Made by a program: the position numbers and the translations under genes. A stretch of 64,000 bases of DNA from Candidatus Eiseniibacteriota bacterium (GTDB lineage: Bacteria; Eisenbacteria; RBG-16-71-46; DASYSL01): NCBI GenBank assembly GCA_031413115.1, contig JANOEH010000047.1:703-64702 (forward strand). Reading direction: 5' to 3'. Below, piece after piece: positions 37,266-46,883 of this stretch. Positions within the stretch are counted from its first letter, which is position 1, and every line of letters starts with the position of its first letter. A model generated the notes under the pieces. That model saw only the letters and a list, made by a program, of their open reading frames with translations, did no database searches and had not been told where the DNA came from.

Positions 37266-38246
37266 GTGAAGCGCACGCCACGGACACTCGGGATGATCCT
37301 GCTCGGGGCCGTCGTCTGCACGGCAGGCGCCGGCGTGACTCCGGCGCGCGCGTTCGACGGCGAGTTGCTCGACACGGTCCGCGTGATCCTTCCGGACAGC
37401 GTGATCACGCGGCTGGAGCAATCGCTGCCCGCCATGCGCACGATCGTCGCCACCGTCGACGTGTGGAAGATCACCTATCGCAGCGACAGTCTGCGGGTGA
37501 AGGGCTACCTCGCGGTCCCGAACTCGGGCGGCAGGCTGCCATGCGTGATCGACAACCGCGGGGGCAACCGCGACTACTCGCAGTGGACCGACGCGCGGGC
37601 GGTCTCGCGCCTGGGTCGGATCGCGGCGTGGGGTTACGTCGTCGTGGCCAGCCAGTATCGCGGAGTCGACGGCGGCGAGGGCGTCGAAGAGTTCGGCGGC
37701 CGGGACATCAACGACGTCCTGAACCTGATCTCGCTGCTGGCGACGCACCCGCGCGCCGACACGACGCGCATCGGGATGTGCGGCTGGAGTCGCGGCGGCA
37801 TGATGACGTACCTCGCGCTGGCGCGGACCGACCGCATCCGGGCTGCGATCATCGGGGCGGGCATGGCCGACCTGTCCGACATGATCCAGCGTCGTCCCGA
37901 GATGGAGACCGAGGTCGTCGCCCAGCTCGTCCCCGGCTTCGCCACGCGGCGCGACGAGGCGCTGGCGGAGCGCTCGGCGGTCCGCTGGCCCGAACGACTC
38001 GCCCCGGCGACGCCGATCCTGCTCCTGCATGGCAGCGCCGACTGGCGCGTCGACCCGGGCCAGGCCCTGACGATGACGGCCAGGCTTTATGCGCTTCGGC
38101 GGCCGGTCCGCCTCGTGTTCTTCGAGGGTGGCGATCACGGCCTGACCGAGTTCCAGGCGGAAGTCGACCGGCTGACGCACGACTGGCTCGAGCGCTACGT
38201 GCGCGACCGCACGCCCTGGCCGTCCCTGGAACCGCACGGGCGGTAG
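37266..38246 (+). CDS. Secreted alpha/beta-hydrolase (prolyl-oligopeptidase S9 / dienelactone-hydrolase type)
   Basis: Signal peptide MILLGAVVCTAGAGVTPARA. GWSRGG nucleophile elbow (GxSxG). LLLHGSADWRVD and GGDHGL catalytic Asp/His context. GTG start with RBS gggagg. Confidence 0.8.
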   Translation: MKRTPRTLGMILLGAVVCTAGAGVTPARAFDGELLDTVRVILPDSVITRLEQSLPAMRTIVATVDVWKITYRSDSLRVKGYLAVPNSGGRLPCVIDNRGGNRDYSQWTDARAVSRLGRIAAWGYVVVASQYRGVDGGEGVEEFGGRDINDVLNLISLLATHPRADTTRIGMCGWSRGGMMTYLALARTDRIRAAIIGAGMADLSDMIQRRPEMETEVVAQLVPGFATRRDEALAERSAVRWPERLAPATPILLLHGSADWRVDPGQALTMTARLYALRRPVRLVFFEGGDHGLTEFQAEVDRLTHDWLERYVRDRTPWPSLEPHGR

Positions 38247-38266
38247 GATTCGCAGCTACGCCCGCT

Positions 38267-39001
38267 TCAGGACGGCTGGCCGAGGATCCGGTCCACCGCC
38301 TCGGTGAGCGATCGCGCGCGAACCACGCCCTCGCGCTCGAGGTTCGGGTAGAGCCCGTGCGGGTCGAGCAGCACGGCGTTCATTCCGGCGCGGCGCGCGC
38401 CCAGCGCGTCGGCGGTCGGGTTGTCGCCGACGTGCCACGCATCGGCCGCGTCGACGTCGAGCAGGCCGAGCGCGTACTCGAAGATACGGGGATCGGGCTT
38501 GGCGCGGTGGATCGCGGTCGAGGCGGTGCAGGCGCGGAAGAATCGGCGCAGGCCCTTGTTCTCGAGGATCGCCTCCAGCGTGTCGTCCCAGTTCGAGATC
38601 ACGCCCAGCACGATTCCGCGCTCGGCCAGGCGGGTGAGCGCGGCCGGCGCGTCGGGCACGACCACCAGCGGGTCGCCGCTGAAGTGCCCGGCGCTCACCG
38701 TGGTGACGAAGCGATCGACCGCCGCGTCGTCGAGCCCGAGCGCCTCGCCGACGCGCTGGTAGCGGTCGATCCACCACGCGGCGTTGTCCTTCACCTCGTG
38801 AAAGGGCGGGCGCTTCACCGGCAGCGTGGCGCCCGACTCCTCGACCGCCCGACGCACGTCGGCGATGGTCCGCGTCGCATCGAGCGGAACAAGCGCCGTG
38901 TAGAGCGCACTGTCGAGCATCGCGCTGGTGTCGAGCAGCGTGTCGCCGACGTCGAAGAAAACGGCGCGCGGCAAGGGTCGTGCGGGGCGAGCGGGGTCCA
39001 T
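38267..39001 (-). CDS. HAD-superfamily hydrolase
   Basis: FFDVGDTLLD motif I, VISNWDD motif II, HVGDNPTADALGARRAGM motifs III/IV. Confidence 0.85.
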   Translation of the reverse strand: MDPARPARPLPRAVFFDVGDTLLDTSAMLDSALYTALVPLDATRTIADVRRAVEESGATLPVKRPPFHEVKDNAAWWIDRYQRVGEALGLDDAAVDRFVTTVSAGHFSGDPLVVVPDAPAALTRLAERGIVLGVISNWDDTLEAILENKGLRRFFRACTASTAIHRAKPDPRIFEYALGLLDVDAADAWHVGDNPTADALGARRAGMNAVLLDPHGLYPNLEREGVVRARSLTEAVDRILGQPS

Positions 39002-39064
39002 GAGCCTCGTCCGGAGGAGTGGGGCGTGCTACGCTTCCGGCACCATGCTCGCACGAACGATTCG

Positions 39065-39667
39065 ATGAAGGAAGGAGCGCTTTCCCCCGACGGTGTCGCG
39101 CGCGCCGCCGCGCATCTCGATGCGGCGCTGCGTGCGCTCGGTGTGCCACCCGAGGGACCGCACCTGGCCGGTACGCCGGAGCGGGTCGCGCACCTGTGGA
39201 CGCAGCTCTTCTCCGGGCTCGACCCCGCGCATGCACCCGACCTGGGAGCGTTTCCCAACCCGTCGCCGGGCGCCGGCATGGTGCTCGCCGCCGATCTCCC
39301 GTTCCATTCGATGTGCGCCCATCACCTGTTGCCGTTCTTCGGTCGCGCCCACGTGGCCTACTTGCCGGGCGCGTCGATCGTCGGGCTGGGTGTTCTGCCG
39401 CGGCTGATCGACCATCACGCGCGGCGCCCCACGCTGCAGGAGGACCTGGCGGCCGGCGTCGCCGACACGCTGGAACGCGCCGTCGCGCCGCGCGGAGTCG
39501 CGGTGCTCCTGGTCGGACGCCACCTGTGCATGGAGATGCGCGGCGCCCGCCGGCGCGCGCGCGTGGAGACGGCGACGTGGCGCGGCGCTTTCGTTGACGA
39601 TCCCGCATTGCGGGCCGAGTTTCTCGATGCCGCACGCGGGCCGGCGCGGGCAAGGAGACCACGATGA
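39065..39667 (+). CDS. folE: GTP cyclohydrolase I
   Basis: FHSMCAHHLLPFFGRAHVAYLP and HLCMEMRG active-site motifs. Confidence 0.9.
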   Translation: MKEGALSPDGVARAAAHLDAALRALGVPPEGPHLAGTPERVAHLWTQLFSGLDPAHAPDLGAFPNPSPGAGMVLAADLPFHSMCAHHLLPFFGRAHVAYLPGASIVGLGVLPRLIDHHARRPTLQEDLAAGVADTLERAVAPRGVAVLLVGRHLCMEMRGARRRARVETATWRGAFVDDPALRAEFLDAARGPARARRPR

Positions 39668-40626
39668 GCGCAAACCTGACTTCCGTCCGCCGGAGCGAGG
39701 GCCGCTGGTCCGTGGGCACGCGCCCCGACGGCTCCGCGCTCGAGCTGCCGTACATCCGCTGGGAGGGCGGTCCCGGCGCCCATCTCTACATCGGGGTCAC
39801 GATCCACGGCGACGAGGTGACCGGCCAGGCGAGCCTGTGGCGTGTCGGCGCGTGGCTCGAGCAGAGTGTGCTCCACGGCACCGTCACTGCCGTTCCCGTG
39901 CAGAATCCCGAAGGCTTCAACTACAACGTGCGCGGCATGCACGGGCGCACCGTCGATCCCAACCGCGTGTACCCCGGCGACTCGAAGGGCGAGACGATGG
40001 AACGCGTCACCGCACGCATCACCGCCGCCGCGCTCGAGGCCGATGCCGCGATCGACGTACACACCGCCGGCTGGGCGATGCCCTACATCCTGCTCGATCC
40101 CGTCGCCGACGCCGAGCTTGCGGCGCGCACGCGCGCTCTCGCGCGAGCCACCGGCATCACGCTGGTCGACGAGTTCGCCAGCGAGGACTACGAGAAGGAG
40201 GGCCTCGCTGCATCGCTTCCGCCGGCCATGCTGGCCGCGGGCAAGCCGGCGTTCACGCTCGAGCTGGGCGGCCACGGTCACATCGAGTGGACGCAGGTCG
40301 AGGCGGGCGCGGTGGCGCTGCGCAACGTCATCCGCCACCTCGCCATCGTGCGCGACGAAAGCGAGGGTGTGCAGGATGTCCCCGCGTTCGAGGACGAAGG
40401 CCGCCGCCGCACCGACTTCTTCTGTGATCACGGCGGCCTGATCGAGTTCGTCGTCCGCCCCGGCGACCGCGTCGAGCGGGGAAGGCGCGTGGCGCGAATC
40501 CGCAGCGTGTACGGCCGCGTCATCGAGGAGATCCTCGCGCCGCACACGGGCATCGTCCTCGCGCTGGCGCCGACGAGCGCCGTGTGGAGCGGCGCCTACC
40601 TCGGGGAGATCGCGGCGGAGGACTGA
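39664..40626 (+). CDS. Succinylglutamate desuccinylase/aspartoacylase (AstE/AspA) family zinc hydrolase
   Basis: GVTIHGDEVTG ... DVHTAG ... ELGGHG Zn-ligand pattern. ATGA overlap with folE. Confidence 0.85.
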   Translation: MSANLTSVRRSEGRWSVGTRPDGSALELPYIRWEGGPGAHLYIGVTIHGDEVTGQASLWRVGAWLEQSVLHGTVTAVPVQNPEGFNYNVRGMHGRTVDPNRVYPGDSKGETMERVTARITAAALEADAAIDVHTAGWAMPYILLDPVADAELAARTRALARATGITLVDEFASEDYEKEGLAASLPPAMLAAGKPAFTLELGGHGHIEWTQVEAGAVALRNVIRHLAIVRDESEGVQDVPAFEDEGRRRTDFFCDHGGLIEFVVRPGDRVERGRRVARIRSVYGRVIEEILAPHTGIVLALAPTSAVWSGAYLGEIAAED

Positions 40627-40811
40627 CGGCCGGAGATCGGCGCGACAGCCAGCGCACCTCGGCGAACCCGGCAGGCCGGTTGTCGACGATCATGAAGCGA
40701 TTCGTCAGGGCATCGGCGGCCTCGTCAATTCTGTTGTCGAATCGCATCGCCCCCGTGCGAGAGTTTCCGGCGCCATGCAACCCTTGCCCCCCATTCCGTC
40801 ACAGACGGGTC

Positions 40812-41384
40812 ATGCAACCGGACCGTGATCCCGCCGACCTCGCCGATCGCACCCTGATCGACGCCTACCTTGCGTCGCGTTCGGAAGCGGCATTCCTGTG
40901 CCTCTACGACCGTCACGCCGACGGGATGTACCGCTTCGCGGCGCGTCTCGCGGGTCACGGTGGCACCGAGCCGGCGGAGATCGTGCAGGAGGCGTGGCTG
41001 CGCGCGCTCGAACGCCTGCCGCAGTTTCGCGGCGGGTCGAGCCTGCGCACGTGGCTGTGCGGGATCGTGCTCAACCGCTGGCGTGAGGTGCGCCGTGGCG
41101 AGGCGCGCGACCATCGCCTGATGCTGATCGGGGGCACGGACGCGTTGCGTCCGGCGCCGCCGGCGCCGCCGGCGCGGGAGCACGCGCTTGTGCTCGAGCG
41201 CGCCCTGGCGACCCTGCCCGCGGGGTACCGCGAGGTCCTGCTGCTGCACGACGTCGAGGGATACACGCACGAGGAAATCGCGCGCCAGTTCGACATCGTG
41301 GAGGGCACGTCGAAGAGCCAGCTCCACCGCGCGCGACGCGCGCTGCGGGAGGCGCTGGGCGCACGGGAGGGAGAACGGGCATGA
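40812..41384 (+). CDS. ECF sigma factor (second)
   Basis: IVQEAWLRALERLPQFRG...RTWLCGIVLNRW (region 2). VLLLHDVEGYTHEEIARQFDIVEGTSKSQLHRARRAL (region 4). Confidence 0.85.
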   Translation: MQPDRDPADLADRTLIDAYLASRSEAAFLCLYDRHADGMYRFAARLAGHGGTEPAEIVQEAWLRALERLPQFRGGSSLRTWLCGIVLNRWREVRRGEARDHRLMLIGGTDALRPAPPAPPAREHALVLERALATLPAGYREVLLLHDVEGYTHEEIARQFDIVEGTSKSQLHRARRALREALGAREGERA

Positions 41385-42022
41385 CGGACGAACGGGGACC
41401 CGAGGATGCGGGCGACGAGCCCGCCGAACTCGCGGACTGGGGCGCCGGCTGGACCGCGCCTCCGGGCTTGCGCGCACACACACTCGAAGGGGCGCGAAGG
41501 CGCGGCCTGGTGAAAGGACGGATGATGAACAATCGGGGATGGTGGATGGGTGCCGCGCTGGCGGCGGGAGTGGCGTTTGTTGCCGGAGTCGGGATCGGCA
41601 CGCAGCGGGCGACGTCCGGAACGGAGATCCCGGTGGACACGCTGCCTGCGACGAGAGCCGCGAGCGTCGAGGAAGCAGCCAGCCCGCGCTACGCGCTCTT
41701 CCTGTTCGAGGACGCGGCGTACCAGGCGCCGGCCGCGAATGCGATGATGGAGCGCGTAAAGGAGTACGGCGGCTGGGCCGGGGATCTCGCCGCGTCCGGG
41801 CGCTTCGTCACCGCGGAGAAACTGGCCGACGACGGCTCGTTCGTGCGTCTGGAGAACGGCACGCTGAAGGCGCGCGGGCCCTTGAAGGACGCCGCCCGCG
41901 GCGCGCTGACCGGATACTTCGTGGTCGGCGCGAGCAGCCTCGAGGAGGCGATGGATATCGCTCGCACCTGCCCGCACCTCAAGTACGGCGGCAGCGTCGA
42001 GGTGCGCGCGATCGAGTCGTAG
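41381..42022 (+). CDS. Membrane anti-sigma factor fused to a C-terminal YciI-like (DGPF) domain
   Basis: ATGA overlap with the sigma gene. TM helix WWMGAALAAGVAFVAGVGIG. C-terminal YALFLFEDAAY...MERVKEYGGW...GYFVVGASSLEEAMDIARTCPHLKYGGSVEVRAIE matches YciI-like. Confidence 0.7.
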   Translation: MTDERGPEDAGDEPAELADWGAGWTAPPGLRAHTLEGARRRGLVKGRMMNNRGWWMGAALAAGVAFVAGVGIGTQRATSGTEIPVDTLPATRAASVEEAASPRYALFLFEDAAYQAPAANAMMERVKEYGGWAGDLAASGRFVTAEKLADDGSFVRLENGTLKARGPLKDAARGALTGYFVVGASSLEEAMDIARTCPHLKYGGSVEVRAIES

Positions 42023-42089
42023 CCCGCGACTGCCGTGAGTGTGCTAGCGTGCCCGCCGACGGCTCCCTCGCCGCCCGGTGGGCACGCAC

Positions 42090-43559
42090 ATGCGCATCCT
42101 GTTCTGGTTCCGCAAGGACCTTCGGCTCGACGACAATTCCGGCCTCGCCGCTGCCGCGCGCGACGCGGGCGGCAATGTCGTGCCGTTCTATGCCAGCGAG
42201 CCCGCCATCCTCACGGGGCCGGACATCGCGCCGATCCGTGTCAGGTTCGTGCTCGACTCCCTGGCCGACCTCTCCGCGGCCTGCGCGCGCGCAGGCTCCC
42301 GCCTCGCTCTCGGGCACGGCGACGCGACGCGCACCGTGCTTGCCAGTGCCCGCGCCTGCGGCGCGGATGCGGTCTACTGGAACGACGAATATGAGCCCGC
42401 ATTGCGCGCGCGCGACGACGCGGTCGAAGCGACGCTGCGTGCCGCCGGCCTGCGCGTCGAGCGCTTCCACGATCGCTTGCTCGTCCCGCCCGATGCGGTG
42501 TGCACCAGGGCCGAAACGCCCTTCACCGTGTACACGCCGTATCGCCGCGCCTGCGAGGCGTTGCCCGTGCCGCTGCCGTTGCCGCTGCCGGTAGTGACGC
42601 GCCTCGCCCCGCACGACCTGCCCACGCCACCGCTGGCAACGCTCACGCAGCTCGGATTCGTCGCACCACCGCGCGCGGCGATCGAGGCGTGGCCCGGAGG
42701 AGCGACCGCCTCGGCTCGGCGCCTCGATGCATTTCTCGAGCACGCGCTTGCGCGCTATCTGGGCGAGCGCGATTTTCCGGCGGCGGCGGCGCACTCGCGG
42801 CTCTCGGCGGACCTCAAGTTCGGGACGATCGGCGTGCGTCGCGCCGCGCATGCGGCTCTCGCCGCAGCGGATGGCGGCCGTGGGGGACCGGCGCTGCGGT
42901 CCTCGGTCGACAAGTTCGTGGCCGAGCTGCGCTGGCGCGACTTCTACGCGCAGGTGATGTATCACCACCCGCACGCCGCGGCGGGCGCATTCCGCCGTGA
43001 GTACGACGCGATCCGCTGGGCGGGCGCCGACGGGTGGTTCGAGGCGTGGAAGGCGGGCCGCACCGGCTACCCGATCGTCGACGCCGCGATGCGCGAGCTG
43101 TCGGCGACCGGCTTCATGCACAATCGCGCGCGCATGATCGTCGCGTCCTTCCTGACCAAGGACCTGCTGACCGACTGGCGGCGTGGCGAGCGCTGGTTCA
43201 TGCAGAACCTGGTCGACGGCGACCTGGCGAACAACAACGGTGGATGGCAGTGGGCTGCCGGAACGGGCACGGACGCGCAGCCGTACTTCCGCATCTTCAA
43301 CCCCGTGCTGCAGGGCGCGCGCTTCGATCCCGACGGTGTGTACGTGAAGCGCTGGGTGCCGGAACTGGCTGAAGTGCCGACCGAGCTCGTGCACGCGCCG
43401 TGGGAGGTCGGGACGAAGCGGCGACGCGGACAGGAGCCCGGACTCTTCGCGGGTCTGCGGTTGCCCGCCGGCTATCCCGAGCGCGTCGTCGTCCACGAGC
43501 AGATGCGTGAGCGCGCGCTGGCGATGTACCTCGCGGCGCGCGCGTCGAACGACTACTGA
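42090..43559 (+). CDS. phr: Deoxyribodipyrimidine photolyase / cryptochrome-family protein
   Basis: ILFWFRKDLRLDDN N-terminus. C-terminal FAD-binding region WRDFY, TGYPIVDAAMREL, GFMHNRARMIVASFL, NNGGWQWAAGTGTDAQPYFRIFNP. Confidence 0.9.
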   Translation: MRILFWFRKDLRLDDNSGLAAAARDAGGNVVPFYASEPAILTGPDIAPIRVRFVLDSLADLSAACARAGSRLALGHGDATRTVLASARACGADAVYWNDEYEPALRARDDAVEATLRAAGLRVERFHDRLLVPPDAVCTRAETPFTVYTPYRRACEALPVPLPLPLPVVTRLAPHDLPTPPLATLTQLGFVAPPRAAIEAWPGGATASARRLDAFLEHALARYLGERDFPAAAAHSRLSADLKFGTIGVRRAAHAALAAADGGRGGPALRSSVDKFVAELRWRDFYAQVMYHHPHAAAGAFRREYDAIRWAGADGWFEAWKAGRTGYPIVDAAMRELSATGFMHNRARMIVASFLTKDLLTDWRRGERWFMQNLVDGDLANNNGGWQWAAGTGTDAQPYFRIFNPVLQGARFDPDGVYVKRWVPELAEVPTELVHAPWEVGTKRRRGQEPGLFAGLRLPAGYPERVVVHEQMRERALAMYLAARASNDY

Positions 43560-43840
43560 TTCCGGCCGCGACCCACGCGGCGGCCCGGACGCTCCGACCA
43601 CAGCGTCTTGCTGCCGATCGTCGTGCTCCCGCCCGGGTTCGCGATCAGCGTCGGCGGCTGGACTCCGTCGTCGGGTGGCATCGGCACATCGATCGGCATG
43701 ACCATCGCGGACGTCTCGAGCGTGGGGGAGACCGCGAGGGCAGCCGGTCCCATCGGATTTTCGGTGCCGCAGCCGCTGAGGCCGGCGACGAGCAGGGTGA
43801 GCATGGTGATGCGGACGGTGTTCTTCAGGGCAACGGACAT
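43553..43840 (-). CDS. Small lipoprotein A (paralog of lipoprotein B)
   Basis: MSVALKNTVRITMLTLLVAGLSGCGTENPMGPAALAVSPTLETSAM... lipobox LSGC. C-terminal tail low-complexity, so the end is uncertain. Confidence 0.45.
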   Translation of the reverse strand: MSVALKNTVRITMLTLLVAGLSGCGTENPMGPAALAVSPTLETSAMVMPIDVPMPPDDGVQPPTLIANPGGSTTIGSKTLWSERPGRRVGRGRNQ

Positions 43841-44133
43841 GGGTTGGGACCCTCCGGGAGGTCGCTCCACGCGAACCTCCTGCCGCTGTTCCAATGCAAC
43901 CGGCGTGCCCGGTCGCCGAAAGTGTCGTCGCCGGGCGCGTGACGGCCAAAGCGGGCGATGTGCACGGCGATTCGCACGCGGATTCGCAGGCTGCGTCGTT
44001 ACGGGGCTCCGGTGTGCGACCGGGCGGGGGAATCCCGCGCGACACGCTGAGGAATCCCACCCACGTTTGCGTCGAAACGGAAACCGCCCCGGGGACGGAA
44101 TCCCCGGGGCGGCACCTCGTGGTGGAACGGGGA

Positions 44134-44421
44134 TCACTCCCCGTTTGCTCGTGGCTTCTTCGGCTTCTTCGGCTTCTTCGGTTTTCGAACCCTGGGACTC
44201 ACCGTCGCTCCGCCATCGGAGCCAAGGCTTCCTCCATCGGGACCCCGGACGACCTCGCTGTAGAGGATGTCTTTCCGCGCGACCTCCATCGTCCTGCCGA
44301 CTCCGCTCGCCTCGGTCACAAGCGACGGGGCCACCGGGTTCTCGGCGCCGCAGCCACTGAGGCACGTGACGGCGAAACCGAGCAGGGCGGTGGCAGCCGT
44401 GATTCGTGATCGAAGCAACAT
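44134..44421 (-). CDS. Small lipoprotein B with C-terminal (KPK)n tail
   Basis: MLLRSRITAATALLGFAVTCLSGCGAENPVAPSLVTEASGVGRTM... RBS aaggaggg. Ends KPKKPKKPKKPRANGE. Confidence 0.5.
   Translation of the reverse strand: MLLRSRITAATALLGFAVTCLSGCGAENPVAPSLVTEASGVGRTMEVARKDILYSEVVRGPDGGSLGSDGGATVSPRVRKPKKPKKPKKPRANGE
44155..44181. repeat. Perfect 9-bp x3 tandem repeat (cttcttcgg) encoding the KPKKPKKPK tail of lipoprotein B
   Basis: cttcttcgg cttcttcgg cttcttcgg at 44155-44181. Confidence 0.8.
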
Positions 44422-44696
44422 CGAGTTCCCTCCTTCGGTGGCGAAGCTCGCCGCCGGGCGCGGGAGGCTTCGCCCCTTCACTCCAGCAACCCGCATCCCG
44501 GCGCGAATGTCCCATGAAATCAACACATTCGAGGTGGGGGACGACGGGCGAAGCGCATGGCAGCGTGCCCGTCGCAGCGCCGATCGAGGGCCCTGGCGAC
44601 CTCCCCGGGGGGCCCGGAACGGACCTGGAAGCTGTGCTATCCTCCGGCCCGTCCATGCATTGCGCCCCAGGAGCCCGACCCGATCCGAGGTTTCCA

Positions 44697-45952
44697 TGCC
44701 GTTTCTCACCGATCAGAATCGCGAGTGGCAGGCCCGTGCCCGCGACGTGGCCGAGAAGGTCGTCCGCCCGCTGGCCCGCAAGTACGACGAGCTCCAGGAG
44801 TACCCCTGGGAGATCAAGGATGCGCTGGCCGAGGGCGGCTTCTTCGGGGTGTGGATCCCCAAGGAGTACGGCGGGGCGGGGGGCACGGTGCTCGACCTGT
44901 GCCTCGTCATCGAGCAGCTCTCGCGCGCCTGCGGCGGCGTCGGCGTCATGTACTGCGTCAATGCGCTCGGTTCGTTCCCCATGCTCGTCGGTGGCACCGA
45001 GGAGCAGAAGAAGACGTGGCTGCCAAAGATCGCCTCGTGCGAGAAGCTGATTGCCTTCTGCCTCTCCGAGAAGTTCGCCGGCTCCGACGCGCAGGGCATG
45101 CGCCTGGCAGCAACGCCCGCACCGGGCGGCGGCTGGGTGCTCAACGGCGAGAAGAAGTGGACGACGAACGGCGGCGCCGCCGATCTCTACACCGTTTTCG
45201 CGGTGAGCGATCCGATGTCGAAGTCGCGGCGCATCTCGGCGTTCATCGTCGAGAAGGGGACGCCCGGCTTCTCGATCGGCAAGGTCGAGGACAAGATGGG
45301 CATCCGCTGCGTACCCGTCGTCGAGACCGTGTTCAAGGACGTGAAGGTGGGGGAGGCGCAGCTGCTGGGCGGGCAGCCCGGCTTCGGCTTCCACCATGCG
45401 ATGGGCACGCTCGACCTGGCGCGCCCGGGCGTGGCCGCGCAGGGCCTGGGCCTGGCCGCCGGCGCGCTCGAGTTCGCGCAGGTCTACGCCGCCAAGCGCA
45501 ACCAGTTCGGCACCTCGATCAACTCGTTCCAGATGATCCAGCAGCTGCTGGCCGATATGGCGACGCAGGTCGAGGCCGCGCGCCAGCTCGTCTACGCCGG
45601 CGCCACGTCGCTCGACAAGAAGCTGCCGAGCGCGAACAAGATGGCGGCCATGGCCAAGCTCTACGCCACCGACACCGCGATGAAGGTGACGACCGACGCG
45701 GTGCAGATCTTCGGCGGCTACGGTTACATGCGCGACTATCCGATCGAGAAGTACATGCGCGACGCGAAGATTACCCAGATCTACGAGGGTACGAACCAGG
45801 TCCAGCGGCTGGTCGTGGCGCGCAACCTGATCAAGGAGACCGCCGCGCTGTCGCAGTTGCTCGACGCGTACATCCCGAAGGAAGTGCAGGTCGGATACAA
45901 CGACCCGGCGACGCTGGCGGCGCAGAAGGCCGAGGCGCCGGCCACCTCGTGA
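44697..45952 (+). CDS. Acyl-CoA dehydrogenase
   Basis: Acyl-CoA-dehydrogenase-family motifs (for example GGYGYMRDYPIEKYMRDAKITQIYEGTNQVQRL). ATG 44697. Confidence 0.9.
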
Positions 45953-46434
45953 CCCGCGCCGTCGCGATCACGCCCGCCACGCGGGCCGACGCGCCGCGCA
46001 TCCACGCGCTCATGCACGGGCTCGCGGTCTACGAGAAGATCGAGCACGAGATGGTCTCCACGGTCGCCGACCTCGAGCGCGCGCTGTTCGGCGAGCGCCC
46101 GCTCGCCGAGGCGCTCGTCGGTTCGCTCGACGGGCTGGTCGTCGGCTTCGCGCTGTTCTATCCCACCTATTCGACGTTCTCCGGCAAGCCCGGCCTGTGG
46201 CTCGAGGACCTGTTCGTCGTGCCCGAGGCGCGCGGCGCCGGCGTGGGCAAGGCGCTGCTCGCTGCGCTGGCCGCGCTCGCGGTCGCCCGCGACTGCGGAT
46301 CCGTACAGTGGGAAGTGCTCGACTGGAACGCGCCGGCGATCGGCTTCTACGAATCGCTGGGGGCGGAGTCGCTGTCCGAGTGGACGACGAACAAGCTGGT
46401 GGGGGACGCGCTGGCGCGGCTTGCCGGGAGCTAG
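45949..46434 (+). CDS. GNAT-family N-acetyltransferase
   Basis: LFVVPEARGAGVGKALLAAL acetyl-CoA motif. GTGA overlap with the acyl-CoA dehydrogenase stop. Confidence 0.8.
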   Translation: MTRAVAITPATRADAPRIHALMHGLAVYEKIEHEMVSTVADLERALFGERPLAEALVGSLDGLVVGFALFYPTYSTFSGKPGLWLEDLFVVPEARGAGVGKALLAALAALAVARDCGSVQWEVLDWNAPAIGFYESLGAESLSEWTTNKLVGDALARLAGS

Positions 46435-46883
46435 GTTGAAGACTCGCCGCCTTCGAGGACGCTGACGTCTGCGCGGTCTTGCGGCCTGTCGGCCGCCCGC
46501 TTGTTGCGGATGAGATCCTCGCGCCCGAGGATCGGCACGAGAACTCCCTCGACTTCGACTTCGATTCGTCTCGTCCAGGCCTCCTCGAACTCGACCCCGG
46601 AAATGCTGGTCAGGAGGTCGATGCGGTGAGGAGGCACGCCGAGCTGGACGACTTCGCCAGGGCGCTGAAACGCGCCGGCTTCGAGTGCGAACATCGGAGC
46701 ACCGAATCGGCGCAACGCTTCGAGGATGCGGGCTTCGTTCTCGGCTGTCGGTCGCACCCAGAGGTCGAGGTCTCCAGTCGCGCGCGGTCGGGCATGAACG
46801 GCGAACGCATGCGCACCGACGAGGAGATACTCAACTCCCGTGGCGGAGAACTCGGACAACATCTCGACGAAGTCGCGATTCAT
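46431..46883 (-). CDS. Minimal nucleotidyltransferase-fold protein (MNT/AbiEii-like)
   Basis: YLLVGAHAFAVHARPRATGDLDLWV (G-S/A...DxD NTase motif). About 150 aa. Confidence 0.65.
   Translation of the reverse strand: MNRDFVEMLSEFSATGVEYLLVGAHAFAVHARPRATGDLDLWVRPTAENEARILEALRRFGAPMFALEAGAFQRPGEVVQLGVPPHRIDLLTSISGVEFEEAWTRRIEVEVEGVLVPILGREDLIRNKRAADRPQDRADVSVLEGGESST

Noticed and set aside
38256-39755. 499-aa minus ORF and other 300-700-aa antisense ORFs (41979..44060, 43553..45397, 47417..49063, 53964..55772, and similar)
   Set aside because: All are antisense or out of frame to genes with strong motif support, and show Arg/Pro/Gly compositional bias.
40627-40811. ECF-type -35/-10 (GAACC…CGAT) upstream of the second ECF sigma gene
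   Set aside because: Only a loose match (no GGAAC). Too speculative to annotate.
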